Source: Bacteroidota bacterium (GTDB lineage Bacteria; Bacteroidota; Ignavibacteria; UBA10030). From it: a stretch of DNA of 64,000 bases. Every line of letters starts with the position of its first letter. The first letter of the stretch is position 1. The notes under the pieces were generated by a model. The model worked only from the letters and a program-made list of their open reading frames with translations, had not been told where the DNA came from and did no database searches. Below, one piece after another: positions 9,001 through 19,102 of this stretch. The stretch spans positions 7,346-71,345 of the forward strand of contig JAKAJH010000009.1 in NCBI GenBank assembly GCA_021813905.1, read 5' to 3'. Position numbers and translations under genes: made by a program.

Positions 9001-10541
9001 CCCATACAGAAACGATCCTTGTGCTCGACTTTGGCGCCCAGTACACGCAGCTGATCGGACGGCGGGTGCGGGAGCTGGGCGTGTACTCGGAGATCCATCC
9101 GTTCAACATGCCCCTTGCGAAGATCCGCGATCTTCATCCGGCAGGGATCATCCTCTCGGGGGGGCCGTCGAGCGTGTATGACGATGGCGCACCGCTCCCC
9201 GATCCGGGCATCTTCGAGCTTGGCGTTCCGGTGCTGGGCATCTGTTACGGCCTGCAGATCATCGCGCATACGCTCGGCGGCAAGGTGGATGCGGCGGCGC
9301 GGCGGGAATACGGTCAGGCCGACCTCGCCATCGACGACCATCGCGATCTGTTTGCGGGACTCTCTGAGAAGACATCGGTCTGGATGAGTCATGGCGACGC
9401 GTTGAGCGCCATGCCGAAAGGGTTTGAGCCGATCGGCCATACGTCGAACGCTCCGATCTGCGCCATTCGGAATGCGGCGCGGAAAGTGTTCGGCGTCCAG
9501 TTCCATCCCGAAGTCGTGCACACGCCGGACGGAAAGAAGATCCTCTCGAACTTCGTGATCGGCATTTGCGGCGCCCCGGGGAATTGGACCCCGGCGTCAT
9601 TCATCGAGCAGGCGGTGAAGGATATCCGAGCGCAGGTTGGTGACGGACATGTCCTCTGCGCGCTCAGCGGCGGCGTGGACTCGTCCGTGCTTGCGGTTCT
9701 GCTGCACCGCGCCATCGGCGAACGGCTCCATTGCGTGCATATCAACAACGGGCTGATGCGGAAGAATGAGAGCGAGCAGGTGGTGCGGACCTTCCGCGAT
9801 CTCTTTCATATCCCGATGACGTATCTCGATGCGACGGATCTCTTCCTGGATCGTCTCGCGGGTGTCACCGATCCCGAAAGGAAGCGCAAGATCATCGGAG
9901 CCACGTTCATCGACGCGTTTGAGCAGGAGGCGAAGAAGCTCGGCCGGTCGTTCGAGTTCCTCGCGCAAGGGACCCTGTATCCGGACGTGATCGAATCGGT
10001 CTCGTTCAAAGGCCCGTCGGTCACCATCAAATCCCACCACAATGTCGGCGGACTGCCGGAGCGGATGAAGTTCAAGCTGGTCGAGCCGTTCCGGGAACTG
10101 TTCAAGGACGAAGTGCGGAACATCGGTCGCCTGCTGGGCGTCCCGGAGGAGCTGATCGGCCGCCATCCATTCCCGGGACCGGGACTGGCCGTGCGGGTAC
10201 TGGGCGACATCACGCGCGAAAAGCTGGCGCTCCTTCGCGAAGCGGACGATATCTTCATCAGCGAGATCCGCTCGGCGGGACTCTACGACAGCATCTGGCA
10301 GGCGTTCGTGGTGCTGCTGCCGGTGCGCTCCGTCGGCGTGATGGGGGATGGACGCACGTACGAATCGGCGGTTGCGCTTCGGGCGGTCACGAGCATGGAC
10401 GGCATGACGGCGGACTGGGCGCGCATCCCGCCCGAGGTGCTCGCACGGATCTCGGGACGCATCACGAACGAACTGCGCGGCATTAATCGGGTGGTGTACG
10501 ACATCAGCTCCAAGCCGCCCGCGACCATCGAGTGGGAATAG
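8997..10541 (+). CDS. guaA: GMP synthase (glutamine-hydrolysing)
   Basis: [68 protein letters not shown] overlap with the upstream gene. Confidence 0.98.
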   Translation: MTHTETILVLDFGAQYTQLIGRRVRELGVYSEIHPFNMPLAKIRDLHPAGIILSGGPSSVYDDGAPLPDPGIFELGVPVLGICYGLQIIAHTLGGKVDAAARREYGQADLAIDDHRDLFAGLSEKTSVWMSHGDALSAMPKGFEPIGHTSNAPICAIRNAARKVFGVQFHPEVVHTPDGKKILSNFVIGICGAPGNWTPASFIEQAVKDIRAQVGDGHVLCALSGGVDSSVLAVLLHRAIGERLHCVHINNGLMRKNESEQVVRTFRDLFHIPMTYLDATDLFLDRLAGVTDPERKRKIIGATFIDAFEQEAKKLGRSFEFLAQGTLYPDVIESVSFKGPSVTIKSHHNVGGLPERMKFKLVEPFRELFKDEVRNIGRLLGVPEELIGRHPFPGPGLAVRVLGDITREKLALLREADDIFISEIRSAGLYDSIWQAFVVLLPVRSVGVMGDGRTYESAVALRAVTSMDGMTADWARIPPEVLARISGRITNELRGINRVVYDISSKPPATIEWE

Positions 10542-10584
10542 CGGCCGCACGCACGCGTGCCGCCGGACGGACAGGCGGAGGAGT

Positions 10585-11310
10585 ATGATCGAGCTCAAGC
10601 ACGTGACCAAGAAGTTCGGGTCCTTCACGGCGGTCGATGATCTGACGCTGACGATCCCGAAGGGGGAGTTCTTCGGATTCCTGGGCCCCAACGGCGCGGG
10701 GAAGACGACCACGATCAAGATGATCGTCGGGCTGTTCGCCCCGACCGACGGGGCCATCGCGGTGAACGGCTTCGACATCGTGCAGCAGCCGATCGAAGCC
10801 AAGCAGACCCTCGCCTACGTGCCCGATCAGCCGTTCCTCTACGACAAGCTCACCGGCCGCGAATTCCTCTTTTTCATCGGCGGTCTGTACACGCTCGATG
10901 CCGCTCTTCTCACCGAGCGCATCCGGGAACTGATCGATCACTTCGAGATCGGTCCGTGGATCGACCGGCGCACGGAGGACTACTCGCAGGGCATGCGCCA
11001 GCGCATCACGATCGCTGCCGCGCTGATCCATCGCCCGCGGACCATCGTTATCGACGAGCCGATGATCGGACTGGATCCGCGGAGCTCAAAGATCGTGCGC
11101 GCCACGCTCCGGCAGCAGACGGAACAGGGCGTTTCCATTCTCATGTCCACGCACACGCTCGCCGTCGCCGAAGAATTGTGCGACCGGATCGGGATCATTC
11201 ACAACGGCCGTCTGGTGTTCTGCGATACGCGCGAACAGCTCAAACGCGACGAAGACCGGCTGGACGGGCGGTTCGAGTCGCTCTTCCTCGAGGTCACGCG
11301 GAGTTCGTAA
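10585..11310 (+). CDS. ABC transporter ATP-binding protein
   Basis: GPNGAGKTT, YSQGMRQR, VIDEP, MSTH. Confidence 0.93.
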   Translation: MIELKHVTKKFGSFTAVDDLTLTIPKGEFFGFLGPNGAGKTTTIKMIVGLFAPTDGAIAVNGFDIVQQPIEAKQTLAYVPDQPFLYDKLTGREFLFFIGGLYTLDAALLTERIRELIDHFEIGPWIDRRTEDYSQGMRQRITIAAALIHRPRTIVIDEPMIGLDPRSSKIVRATLRQQTEQGVSILMSTHTLAVAEELCDRIGIIHNGRLVFCDTREQLKRDEDRLDGRFESLFLEVTRSS

Positions 11311-13013
11311 TGCGGATGTTCCTGCACCTCCTCCGGTACAAATTCATCGCGTTTCTGAAGTCGACCTTCGAGCTTCGGACCTTGAGCATTGTCCGGAGCA
11401 TCGGATCGGCGGTGGTCTTCGGGGCGTTCGCGGTCGGTGCCTATATCCTCGCGCGGAACCTTACCCAGTTCGTCGTCGAGCAGACGCGGGTCGGGCTGTT
11501 TCTGTATCATCAGTTCATCTCGATGATGCTGTTCGTGTTCTTCGTGGCAGTGAACCTCGGCAACATCATCGTCTCGTACGCCACGATCTACCGCTCGACC
11601 GAGGTCTCGTTCCTGATGACGAAGCCGGTCCCGCACCTGACCGTCTTTGTCCTGAAGTTCCTGGACAACTTTCTGTACAGCTCGACCACGCTGTTTCTGA
11701 TGGCGTTCATGACGCTGCTGGGCTACGGGGCCTACTTCGGCCATTCGTGGCTCTTCTATGCGGGCGTGATGGTCGGCATCGTCATTCCCTTCATGTTCCT
11801 GTCGGCTTGTCTGGCGGTGCTGATCCTGATGGGCATCATGCGGCTCGCGGGCCGCTTCGGCTTCCGCCAGGTGATGGCCGGGATCTTTGCGCTCTATTTC
11901 TTCTTCATCTATGTGTTCTTCCGCATTTCAAATCCCATCCGGCTTGTCGAGACGGTCAATCGCTACTATCCGAACATCGATGAATATGTTTCCCGGATCT
12001 CTCCGGGCATCCTGCAGTTCCTGCCGAACCACTGGGTGGCGCAGTTTCTGTACTGGAGTGCGCGCAACGACTGGGCACATGCGCTGCCGTACGGCCTGCT
12101 CGTGCCGGTGATGACCGCGGGAATGTTCGTGATCGTGCTGGTGGTGGCGAAGCACTTCTACTATCGGAGCTGGCTCGTGTCGTTGCAGGTGCAATCTTCG
12201 GCGATGGCACCGTACCATCCGCATCGGATCCACCTGATCGATTTTCGGCGGGGAGGATGGCTGCCGCCGCAATTCGGCGCATTCCTGAAGAAGGAGACGT
12301 TCTCCTTCCTGCGGGAGCCGAGCCAATGGATCCATCTGGTGGTCATGATCGTCCTGGCCGGACTGTTCATCCTGAGCGTGCGGAATCTGAACCTGCGGCT
12401 GCGTGTGGTGGATGTGCAGCTGCTCACGTATCTCGTGCTGCTGTCGTTCGGCGGTTTCCTCACCGGATCGCTGGCGCTGCGGTTCGTCTTTCCGATGACG
12501 GGACTGGAAGGGAAGGCATTCTGGTCCGTTCGGACAAGTCCGGTGGAATTATGGAAGATCTACGCCTTCCGGTTTGTCGCGGGTTTCGCGCTGGTGCTGA
12601 CGATCGCTGTGCTCGTCGCGGTGGCGATGAATACGCCCTTCGTGCGCATGTCGGCCCGCCGGCCGCTGCTGCTGTGGTTCGGACTCTACGATGCGTTCTG
12701 GACGGCGCTCGCCGTGGTCGCCATCAACCTCGGCTTCGGGACGTATTTCGCAAATTACCAGGAGAAGAATCCGATCCGCGCGGCGTCGTCGCAGGGGGCG
12801 ACGCTCACGTTCCTGTTTGTGTTGCTGTTCCTGTTTCTGAAGGTGGTGATCATCCTGTATCCGCTCGCGCGGTACTTCTCATCCCTGTTCCATTTCACTC
12901 CCTTCAACATGCGTCTGATCGTGGCTCCCGGCACGCTGCTGGCGGTCCTCTCCATGCTCGTGGCTGCGTTCGCGTCGGGGCTCGGTCTCCGGGCGCTCCG
13001 TCGTGATTTCTGA
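11310..13013 (+). CDS. Putative ABC exporter permease (multi-pass)
   Basis: Many hydrophobic helices; FLPNHW and EGKAFWSVRTSP motifs; TAATG overlap with the ATPase gene. Confidence 0.8.
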   Translation: MRMFLHLLRYKFIAFLKSTFELRTLSIVRSIGSAVVFGAFAVGAYILARNLTQFVVEQTRVGLFLYHQFISMMLFVFFVAVNLGNIIVSYATIYRSTEVSFLMTKPVPHLTVFVLKFLDNFLYSSTTLFLMAFMTLLGYGAYFGHSWLFYAGVMVGIVIPFMFLSACLAVLILMGIMRLAGRFGFRQVMAGIFALYFFFIYVFFRISNPIRLVETVNRYYPNIDEYVSRISPGILQFLPNHWVAQFLYWSARNDWAHALPYGLLVPVMTAGMFVIVLVVAKHFYYRSWLVSLQVQSSAMAPYHPHRIHLIDFRRGGWLPPQFGAFLKKETFSFLREPSQWIHLVVMIVLAGLFILSVRNLNLRLRVVDVQLLTYLVLLSFGGFLTGSLALRFVFPMTGLEGKAFWSVRTSPVELWKIYAFRFVAGFALVLTIAVLVAVAMNTPFVRMSARRPLLLWFGLYDAFWTALAVVAINLGFGTYFANYQEKNPIRAASSQGATLTFLFVLLFLFLKVVIILYPLARYFSSLFHFTPFNMRLIVAPGTLLAVLSMLVAAFASGLGLRALRRDF

Positions 13014-13042
13014 TTGAATCTGATGCCGCGGTGTGGTACTTT
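13014..13042 (+). promoter_or_regulatory. Putative sigma70-type promoter (possibly leaderless transcript)
   Basis: TTGAAT-17 bp-TACTTT with extended TG; ATG at 13051 is 8 nt downstream with no SD. Confidence 0.5.
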
Positions 13043-13050
13043 GCGCTCAC

Positions 13051-13953
13051 ATGATCGATGAACCGACCATCCACGCCTTGCTGAGTCAGGCCCGGAGCTA
13101 CGCGGCGGACGAGAAGTACCTCCACGCGATCCAGGTCTATCGGCGCGTCACGCGGCTCGCCCCGCGGGTTGAGCAGGCCTGGGTGGAGCTCGCGCACGTC
13201 TATCTGCATCTGAAGCAACGGGTCCCCGCAGAGCGGGCGCTGCAGGGGGCGCTGGCGGTCGCCCGTCAACCGGCGCAGATCCTGTTCCTGCTGGGATCGC
13301 TGCACCGGGAAGCGGGGGATACCTATGAAGCGCTGAAATACCTTCGCCGGCTGCTGGAGATCGAAGCGACGTTGCCGGTCAATCTGAAGGCGCAACTGCA
13401 TTTTGACCTTGGCCTCCTCTATCGTGATCGAATGAACTCACGCGTGGCGGAATACCATTTGCGCACGGCCCACCGGTTGGATCCCAACTTTCCCCGATCG
13501 GGCGAAGCGCTTGCGGAATTGTTGCTGCGGCGCGGGGCCGCGAACGAGGCGATCCGGTTCCTGCACCGCTCGCTGAAGGCCGAACCGTACAGCTGGGAGG
13601 GGCACTATCTGCTCGGGAAAGCCCTGACCCGCAAGGGGGAGTGGGAACACGCGCTCGAAGAGTTCATCGCGTCGGTGGAAATGGATCCGGACGATCCGCG
13701 GGGATGGCATATGTGCGGCAGCACGTTGCTCGCTCTGCAGCGTCTGGACGAGAGCGAACGGTACCTGCGCAAGGCCATCGACCTCCAGCCGGCCATGACG
13801 GACGCGCTCGCGGATCTCGGCATCGTGCTGATGCGGCGCGGAACGCTCGAAGAGGCGCAGGATCTGTTCCGTCGCGCCCTGCAGCAGGTGCCCGATCATC
13901 GTACCGCCCGCGACGGCCAGCGTGAGCTTAATCGTCTGCGGAAAGCCCAATAG
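13051..13953 (+). CDS. Tetratricopeptide-repeat protein
   Basis: Repeated TPR pattern (AW.ELA..Y, HFDLG.LY, HYLLG.AL, ALADLG.VL...A...F..AL...P). Confidence 0.85.
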   Translation: MIDEPTIHALLSQARSYAADEKYLHAIQVYRRVTRLAPRVEQAWVELAHVYLHLKQRVPAERALQGALAVARQPAQILFLLGSLHREAGDTYEALKYLRRLLEIEATLPVNLKAQLHFDLGLLYRDRMNSRVAEYHLRTAHRLDPNFPRSGEALAELLLRRGAANEAIRFLHRSLKAEPYSWEGHYLLGKALTRKGEWEHALEEFIASVEMDPDDPRGWHMCGSTLLALQRLDESERYLRKAIDLQPAMTDALADLGIVLMRRGTLEEAQDLFRRALQQVPDHRTARDGQRELNRLRKAQ

Positions 13954-13967
13954 GAGTCGATCTCACC

Positions 13968-15989
13968 ATGAAACGCCTCTTTCTGATTCTGTCCGGTGTG
14001 ATGGTACTGTCGGGAGCGACGCTTGCGCAGCGGGTGGCGATGCCGTCCGACAGCATCGTGTTCCGGGCCGACGTGGAGCGCGAGTTCGTGGAGGGGATGC
14101 GGTTCTTTCTGGCGCGTCAGTACGACAGCGCCGCTACCGTGTTTGTCAACTGCATCCGTGAGTACCCGCGGAGTCACCGCGCCACCGGGGCGTACATCAT
14201 GGGTGCGAAAGCCTTGTATGAGACCGGCCGGTACCGCGACGCGGTCCGCCTCCTCAAGGATCTGATGGACATCTATCCATATTCGCAGTACGTGGACGAC
14301 GCGCATTACACGCTGGGGCTGGTCTATTTCCGGCTTCGCCGGTACGAGGATGCCGCCTCGGAACTCCTCACCGCTCGGCAGACGGCGGACGACCCGAAGC
14401 TGATGACCCGAGCAGAGCGACTGCTGGGTGATATTGCCGCAGAGCACCTCAGCATCGCCGAGTTGCAGGTTCTGGCGGGCGCCGCGCAGAATGATGTGAT
14501 GAAGGCGCTCCTCAATCTGCGCCTGGCCGAACAGATCTACCGGACCGGCGATGCACGGGCGGCGGAGGAAGTCGCCCGTCCGATCACCACCATGAGTCCG
14601 GCGATCCCCTATGTCGGACAAGCGCTCGATCTTCTGCAACGCATCCGCAGCGGCGGGGTGGTGCGCGTCGGTGTCGTCCTCCCTCTGATGCTGAAGTCCG
14701 AAATGCCTGTCTACCGTGCGGTGGGACTGGACTTTGCGAACGGTATCCAGCTCGCGGTTGATGAGTACAACGCGACAGCCGAAACGAAAGTGAATCTCGA
14801 TATCCGCGATACCGAGCGTGATCCGGCAAAAGCCGCGCAGGTCGTTGCGGAGCTGTGCCGGGATGACAAGGTTACCGCCATCCTCGGGCCGGTGCTCAGC
14901 AACGAAGTGTTCGCCAGCGCGGGGATCGCGAACGAGCGCGGCGTACCCCTGATCACTCCGACCGCCACCTCGAACGGCATTGCGGCGATCGGTCCGTATA
15001 TCTTCCAGGCGAATCCGGATTTCACAATGCGCGGAAAAGCGGCGGCGGCGTACGCCGTGACCGATCTGAACGCCAAGCGGGTAGCCGTCGTTTCGCCCTC
15101 TGATGCCGTGGGTACCGCGGTGTCGAATGCGTTCATTGCGGAGGCGACCCGGCGCGGAGCGACCATTGTGGATGTCGAATGGTATCCGGCCGGTTCCACC
15201 GACATCCGGAGCGAGCTGATGAGCTTGCGCGAGAAGGCGCTCGCCGAGGCGGATACGACGCTCATCGACTTCGGCGGCAAGATGAAACAGGCTGATATTA
15301 CCAGGATCCTTGCGGCGGGGGCGGATCGCCACGTCGTGGACTCGCTGATGGAGCGCGGTGTTCCGATCGACGTCCGGCAGCTGTTCGGTGACAACGGCAG
15401 AGTGATCGCCGACTCGCTCGGTTTCCCGACACGAACGATCATCGTGAAACGGGACAGCCTGGAGCTTCCGGTGAACACGATCGACGTGATCTTCTGCCCC
15501 ATCGCCAGTTCAGACGAGATCGCGGTGGTCAGCACGCAGATGCGCTGGACGAACTTCCACGCTCTGGTGCTGGGCACGGGGGACTGGAATGATCTGAACA
15601 GCCTGGATGAGAACCGTTCGTACACCGACGGGGTGACATTCGTGACGGACGCCTACTACGATCCGAACAGTCAGCCGTTCCGGGAGTTCAAGCTCCGGTA
15701 CGAACGCGCATTCAAAGGACGTCCCCCGACGCTGAATACGCTGTACGGATACGACGCCTGCGCCATGCTGCTGCAGACGATCGGACACGGGGCGGTGAAC
15801 AGGAATCAGCTCGCCTCCGCGCTGGCGGCGGTACGCGGATACACAGGATTGCACACGAAGATTTCCTTCGGCCCCGGACGCGTGAATTCCTGTCTGACGG
15901 TTCTGCAATACCGCGCCCGTCAGATCTGGCGAGTGGGAGAAGTGGATCTGACGGCGCCGGAAGAGACGCAGCAACCGACAACTCCATAA
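13968..15989 (+). CDS. Periplasmic TPR + type-1 periplasmic-binding-fold protein (LpoA/LppC-like)
   Basis: Signal peptide; BamD-like TPR segment (YPYSQYVDDAHYTLG); VGVVLPL, AILGPV, PLITPTAT, YGYDA motifs. Confidence 0.75.
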   Translation: MKRLFLILSGVMVLSGATLAQRVAMPSDSIVFRADVEREFVEGMRFFLARQYDSAATVFVNCIREYPRSHRATGAYIMGAKALYETGRYRDAVRLLKDLMDIYPYSQYVDDAHYTLGLVYFRLRRYEDAASELLTARQTADDPKLMTRAERLLGDIAAEHLSIAELQVLAGAAQNDVMKALLNLRLAEQIYRTGDARAAEEVARPITTMSPAIPYVGQALDLLQRIRSGGVVRVGVVLPLMLKSEMPVYRAVGLDFANGIQLAVDEYNATAETKVNLDIRDTERDPAKAAQVVAELCRDDKVTAILGPVLSNEVFASAGIANERGVPLITPTATSNGIAAIGPYIFQANPDFTMRGKAAAAYAVTDLNAKRVAVVSPSDAVGTAVSNAFIAEATRRGATIVDVEWYPAGSTDIRSELMSLREKALAEADTTLIDFGGKMKQADITRILAAGADRHVVDSLMERGVPIDVRQLFGDNGRVIADSLGFPTRTIIVKRDSLELPVNTIDVIFCPIASSDEIAVVSTQMRWTNFHALVLGTGDWNDLNSLDENRSYTDGVTFVTDAYYDPNSQPFREFKLRYERAFKGRPPTLNTLYGYDACAMLLQTIGHGAVNRNQLASALAAVRGYTGLHTKISFGPGRVNSCLTVLQYRARQIWRVGEVDLTAPEETQQPTTP

Positions 15990-16003
15990 GGGGGAGAGAT
16001 CAG

Positions 16004-16702
16004 ATGAACGGGGTGGGGGAACCACGACGGCTTCGGATAACGGACTGGCCGGTGGCGGAGCGCCCGCGTGAAAAGGCGCTTCGGCACGGTCTGCGAACTC
16101 TCACAGACGCAGAACTCCTTGCGATTCTTCTCCGCACCGGCTCGCGCGGACGCACCGTGCTCGATCGCGCACGGACAATTCTGATGCAGGGCCGCACGCT
16201 CCGTGAATTGTCCGCGCTCTCGCCGGACGCATTGAAACAGCTCCACATCGGAACCGCGCAGGCCGTCACGGTGGCGGCGGCGTTCGAGCTTGCCCGCCGC
16301 TCCGGCGTGGAGGAACAGCGGCCTCGCACCATTCGCGGTCCGGAGGACGTAGTGGAAGCCGTCGGACCGATCCTGCGTTCGCTGAGTCAGGAGGAATTCT
16401 GGTTGCTGCCGCTCAGTTCGTCCAACCGATTGCTCCGTCCCGTCCGAATCACGGTCGGGACGCTCAATTCGTCGCTCGTCCATCCCCGCGAATGCTTTCG
16501 TCCGGCCATTGAGCGATCGGCAGCGGCCATCATCGTTGTGCATAATCATCCGAGCGGGAATCCGGAGCCGAGTCAGGAGGACGTTGCCATCACCCGCCAA
16601 TTGGCGGAAGCCGGGCGTGTCCTGGGCATTCCGCTGCACGATCATGTGATCATCGCGGGATCGGGTTATACAAGCCTGGCGGAGCGGGGCCTTCTTTCAT
16701 AG
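16004..16702 (+). CDS. radC: RadC/UPF0758 JAB-domain protein
   Basis: ERPREK, LTDAELLAILLRTG, VHPRE.F, HNHPSG.PEPS.ED, LHDHVII. Confidence 0.95.
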   Translation: MNGVGEPRRLRITDWPVAERPREKALRHGLRTLTDAELLAILLRTGSRGRTVLDRARTILMQGRTLRELSALSPDALKQLHIGTAQAVTVAAAFELARRSGVEEQRPRTIRGPEDVVEAVGPILRSLSQEEFWLLPLSSSNRLLRPVRITVGTLNSSLVHPRECFRPAIERSAAAIIVVHNHPSGNPEPSQEDVAITRQLAEAGRVLGIPLHDHVIIAGSGYTSLAERGLLS

Positions 16703-16838
16703 ATGCATTCAGCGGGAAGCGGGGCATGGGCGTTGCGGGACGACGATTCCGATGCGCCACGGCGGGTGAGGTTTGAGCTTCTGCCTGCATATGATTCAGC
16801 CGGAGCATGAAGAATGTGATCGGCGCAACCCTTAGGTC

Positions 16839-16867
16839 TTGACTTTTTCTGACGTTCTGCCTATCAT
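16839..16867 (+). promoter_or_regulatory. Near-consensus sigma70-type promoter
   Basis: TTGACT-17 bp-TATCAT, about 65 nt upstream of the small lipoprotein gene. Confidence 0.7.
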
Positions 16868-16931
16868 AACACAGCGGACGAGCCTGTGAGCGTTTCCGAT
16901 TTGCGCCTATTATCTGAAGGAGACCCTAAAT

Positions 16932-17192
16932 ATGAAGAAGCCCTTCGCTGTCGTTGCAGTGGGATGTGCAATGATGGCTTTGACGGTGGTGGGATGTTCA
17001 AATAAGCCCTCCGACGAAGAGCTGAAACAATTGAATGACCTCAAAGCAGAGGTGACGTCGCTTGAGAAGGACATCGCTGCGCGCCAGGCGGACAAGGACG
17101 CGTTGATGAAGTCTATCGCGGATAAAGATGCCCAGCTGGCACAGTGCGCCAAGGACAAGGAAGCTGTCCAGAAACGGCTGAGCGCAAAGTAA
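16932..17192 (+). CDS. Small coiled-coil lipoprotein (Lpp-like architecture)
   Basis: AAGGAG SD; lipobox VVGC; 65-residue mature chain of heptad repeats ending in Lys. Confidence 0.82.
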   Translation: MKKPFAVVAVGCAMMALTVVGCSNKPSDEELKQLNDLKAEVTSLEKDIAARQADKDALMKSIADKDAQLAQCAKDKEAVQKRLSAK

Positions 17193-17222
17193 CCGATGGA
17201 CCCCATCAAGGAGAATGTAACC

Positions 17223-17984
17223 ATGAAGTCCCTTATCCGTTTGAGCATCATTTCTCTTGTCCTCTGCGCGCTCGTGGCCCCTTCCTTTGCCCAACAGGAG
17301 TTGACAAAGGACGACTGGCAGAAGCAGGTGGCCGATTTCACGGCGAAGCGTAATGATCTGAAGAACAAGCTCGACGCCCTTCAGAAAGAGGTCGCTGATC
17401 TGAAGAAGCAGGATAGCGACAAGGCGGAAGCCATCAAGAAGTGCCAGGATGAACTTGCTGCCCTCGTCGGTTCCGAAGAAGCGCCGTTTGGCGCTCAGCT
17501 TGACAAGATCGACGGCCGTCTGAACGAGCTCTCCCGCCTGTCCAATCAGGACCTCTGGGCGCGAAAGGCAGAACTGGACACCGTCCAGAACTGGATCAAC
17601 GATGCGAACAAGATGCCGTTGAGCGGCATGGCAAAGTTTGCGGATCGGCTGCGTGACGAGCAGGCGCGGCTGGATGCGCTGAAGAAGGCGCTTGAGCAGT
17701 ATGTGGCAAGCGGCCAGGCTGAGCAGACGTACACCGTCGGCACGTGGGCCCGCGATCGTGATTGCCTCTGGAACATCGCCAAGAAGCCGAAGATCTACGA
17801 CAACGCGTTCCTCTGGCCGAAGATCTGGCAGGGGAACCGCGATCAGATCAAGAATCCGGATGTCATTCATCCGGGTCAAAAGCTGAAGATCCCGCAGAAG
17901 GCGGATCTGACGAAGGAAGAAAAGTCCGCGGTGCGCAAGTACTGGTCACGGAAGCAGGCAGCACCGGCACCGACCAATCCATAG
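17223..17984 (+). CDS. Secreted coiled-coil protein with C-terminal LysM domain
   Basis: AAGGAG SD before ATG 17223; signal peptide ending SFA-Q; coiled coil; LysM YTV...DCLWNIAK...WPKIW..NRDQIKNPDVIHPGQKLKIP. Confidence 0.88.
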   Translation: MKSLIRLSIISLVLCALVAPSFAQQELTKDDWQKQVADFTAKRNDLKNKLDALQKEVADLKKQDSDKAEAIKKCQDELAALVGSEEAPFGAQLDKIDGRLNELSRLSNQDLWARKAELDTVQNWINDANKMPLSGMAKFADRLRDEQARLDALKKALEQYVASGQAEQTYTVGTWARDRDCLWNIAKKPKIYDNAFLWPKIWQGNRDQIKNPDVIHPGQKLKIPQKADLTKEEKSAVRKYWSRKQAAPAPTNP

Positions 17985-18032
17985 CAGCACGTGGCTGCAA
18001 CGATTTCTGTGATTGACAGGGATCGTACCCAG

Positions 18033-18077
18033 AACGCCCTCACGGTGCTTCGTGGCACCGGAGGGCGTTTGTTTTTT
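18033..18077 (+). terminator. Intrinsic terminator
   Basis: AACGCCCTC-A-CGGTGC/GCACCG-GAGGGCGTT hairpin followed by TGTTTTTT. Confidence 0.85.
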
Positions 18078-18106
18078 CACCGGACGTCGAGAAGGAGCCG
18101 TCTGCT

Positions 18107-19102
18107 GTGACTGAACGAACGTTTCAACTTGCCGGCGTGGATATGGTTCAACTGTTGGGGTACAATGACGGCAATCTGCAGATGATCGAGGATCACTTCG
18201 ACGCGACGGTGAGCGTCCGCGGTGATCAAGTGACGCTGCGCGGCACCGGGCAGGAAATCACACGGGTTGAGAAGGTCATCAAAGAGCTGGTCTACATCCT
18301 CACCAAGAACGGGAATCTGAACACGGGGGATGTGGAGACGGTGATTGATCTGGTGACCGTGAACGGATCCGGCCCCGAAGTCGCCCCGACTGACTCCGGA
18401 GACGAAGGGGAGGGCGCGATCCTTTACACGAAAACCGGCATCATCAAGGCGAGGACGCCGGGTCAGAAGCTGTATGTGCAGCAGATCCGGAAGAACGATA
18501 TCGTCTTCGCGATCGGACCGGCGGGGACGGGGAAGACGTATCTGGCCGTCGCGATGGCGGTCGCAGCGCTGAAGAATCGGGATATCACCCGGATCATCCT
18601 CTCCCGCCCGGCTGTGGAAGCGGGCGAAAGCCTCGGATTTCTGCCGGGGGACTTCCGTGAGAAGATCGATCCGTACCTCCGTCCCCTCTATGACGCGCTG
18701 GATGATATGCTCTCTGCGGAGCGTCTTCGGTCATACGTGGAGAAACGGATCGTCGAGATCGTTCCATTGGCATACATGCGGGGACGGACACTGCACAATG
18801 CGTTTGTGATCCTGGACGAAGCGCAAAACGCGTCCGCCGTGCAGATGAAGATGTTCCTGACGCGGCTGGGCGTGCATTCGCGGGCCATCATCACGGGGGA
18901 CGTCACCCAGATCGACCTGCCGACGAAGACCACGTCAGGACTGGTGCAGATTCAGAACGTGCTCCGGTCGGTTCCGGGGATCGCGTTCGTGCACTTCGAC
19001 AAGAATGATGTGGTCCGTCACCGGCTGGTGAAGGACATCATCGAGGCGTACGACCGGTATAGCGCAAACGGAGGAGGGGATCCCAAAGGCGCCGCATTAT
19101 GA
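18107..19102 (+). CDS. phoH: PhoH-family ATPase (YbeZ-like)
   Basis: GPAGTGKTYLA, RPAVEAGE.LGFLPG, AYMRGRTL, ILDEAQN, GDVTQIDLP, DVVRHRLV; GTG start with AAGGAG SD. Confidence 0.95.
   Translation: MTERTFQLAGVDMVQLLGYNDGNLQMIEDHFDATVSVRGDQVTLRGTGQEITRVEKVIKELVYILTKNGNLNTGDVETVIDLVTVNGSGPEVAPTDSGDEGEGAILYTKTGIIKARTPGQKLYVQQIRKNDIVFAIGPAGTGKTYLAVAMAVAALKNRDITRIILSRPAVEAGESLGFLPGDFREKIDPYLRPLYDALDDMLSAERLRSYVEKRIVEIVPLAYMRGRTLHNAFVILDEAQNASAVQMKMFLTRLGVHSRAIITGDVTQIDLPTKTTSGLVQIQNVLRSVPGIAFVHFDKNDVVRHRLVKDIIEAYDRYSANGGGDPKGAAL

Noticed and set aside
16004..16702. radC as a marker of a mobile or anti-restriction element
   Set aside because: It is the full-length chromosomal form with the N-terminal domain, and no mobility genes are nearby.
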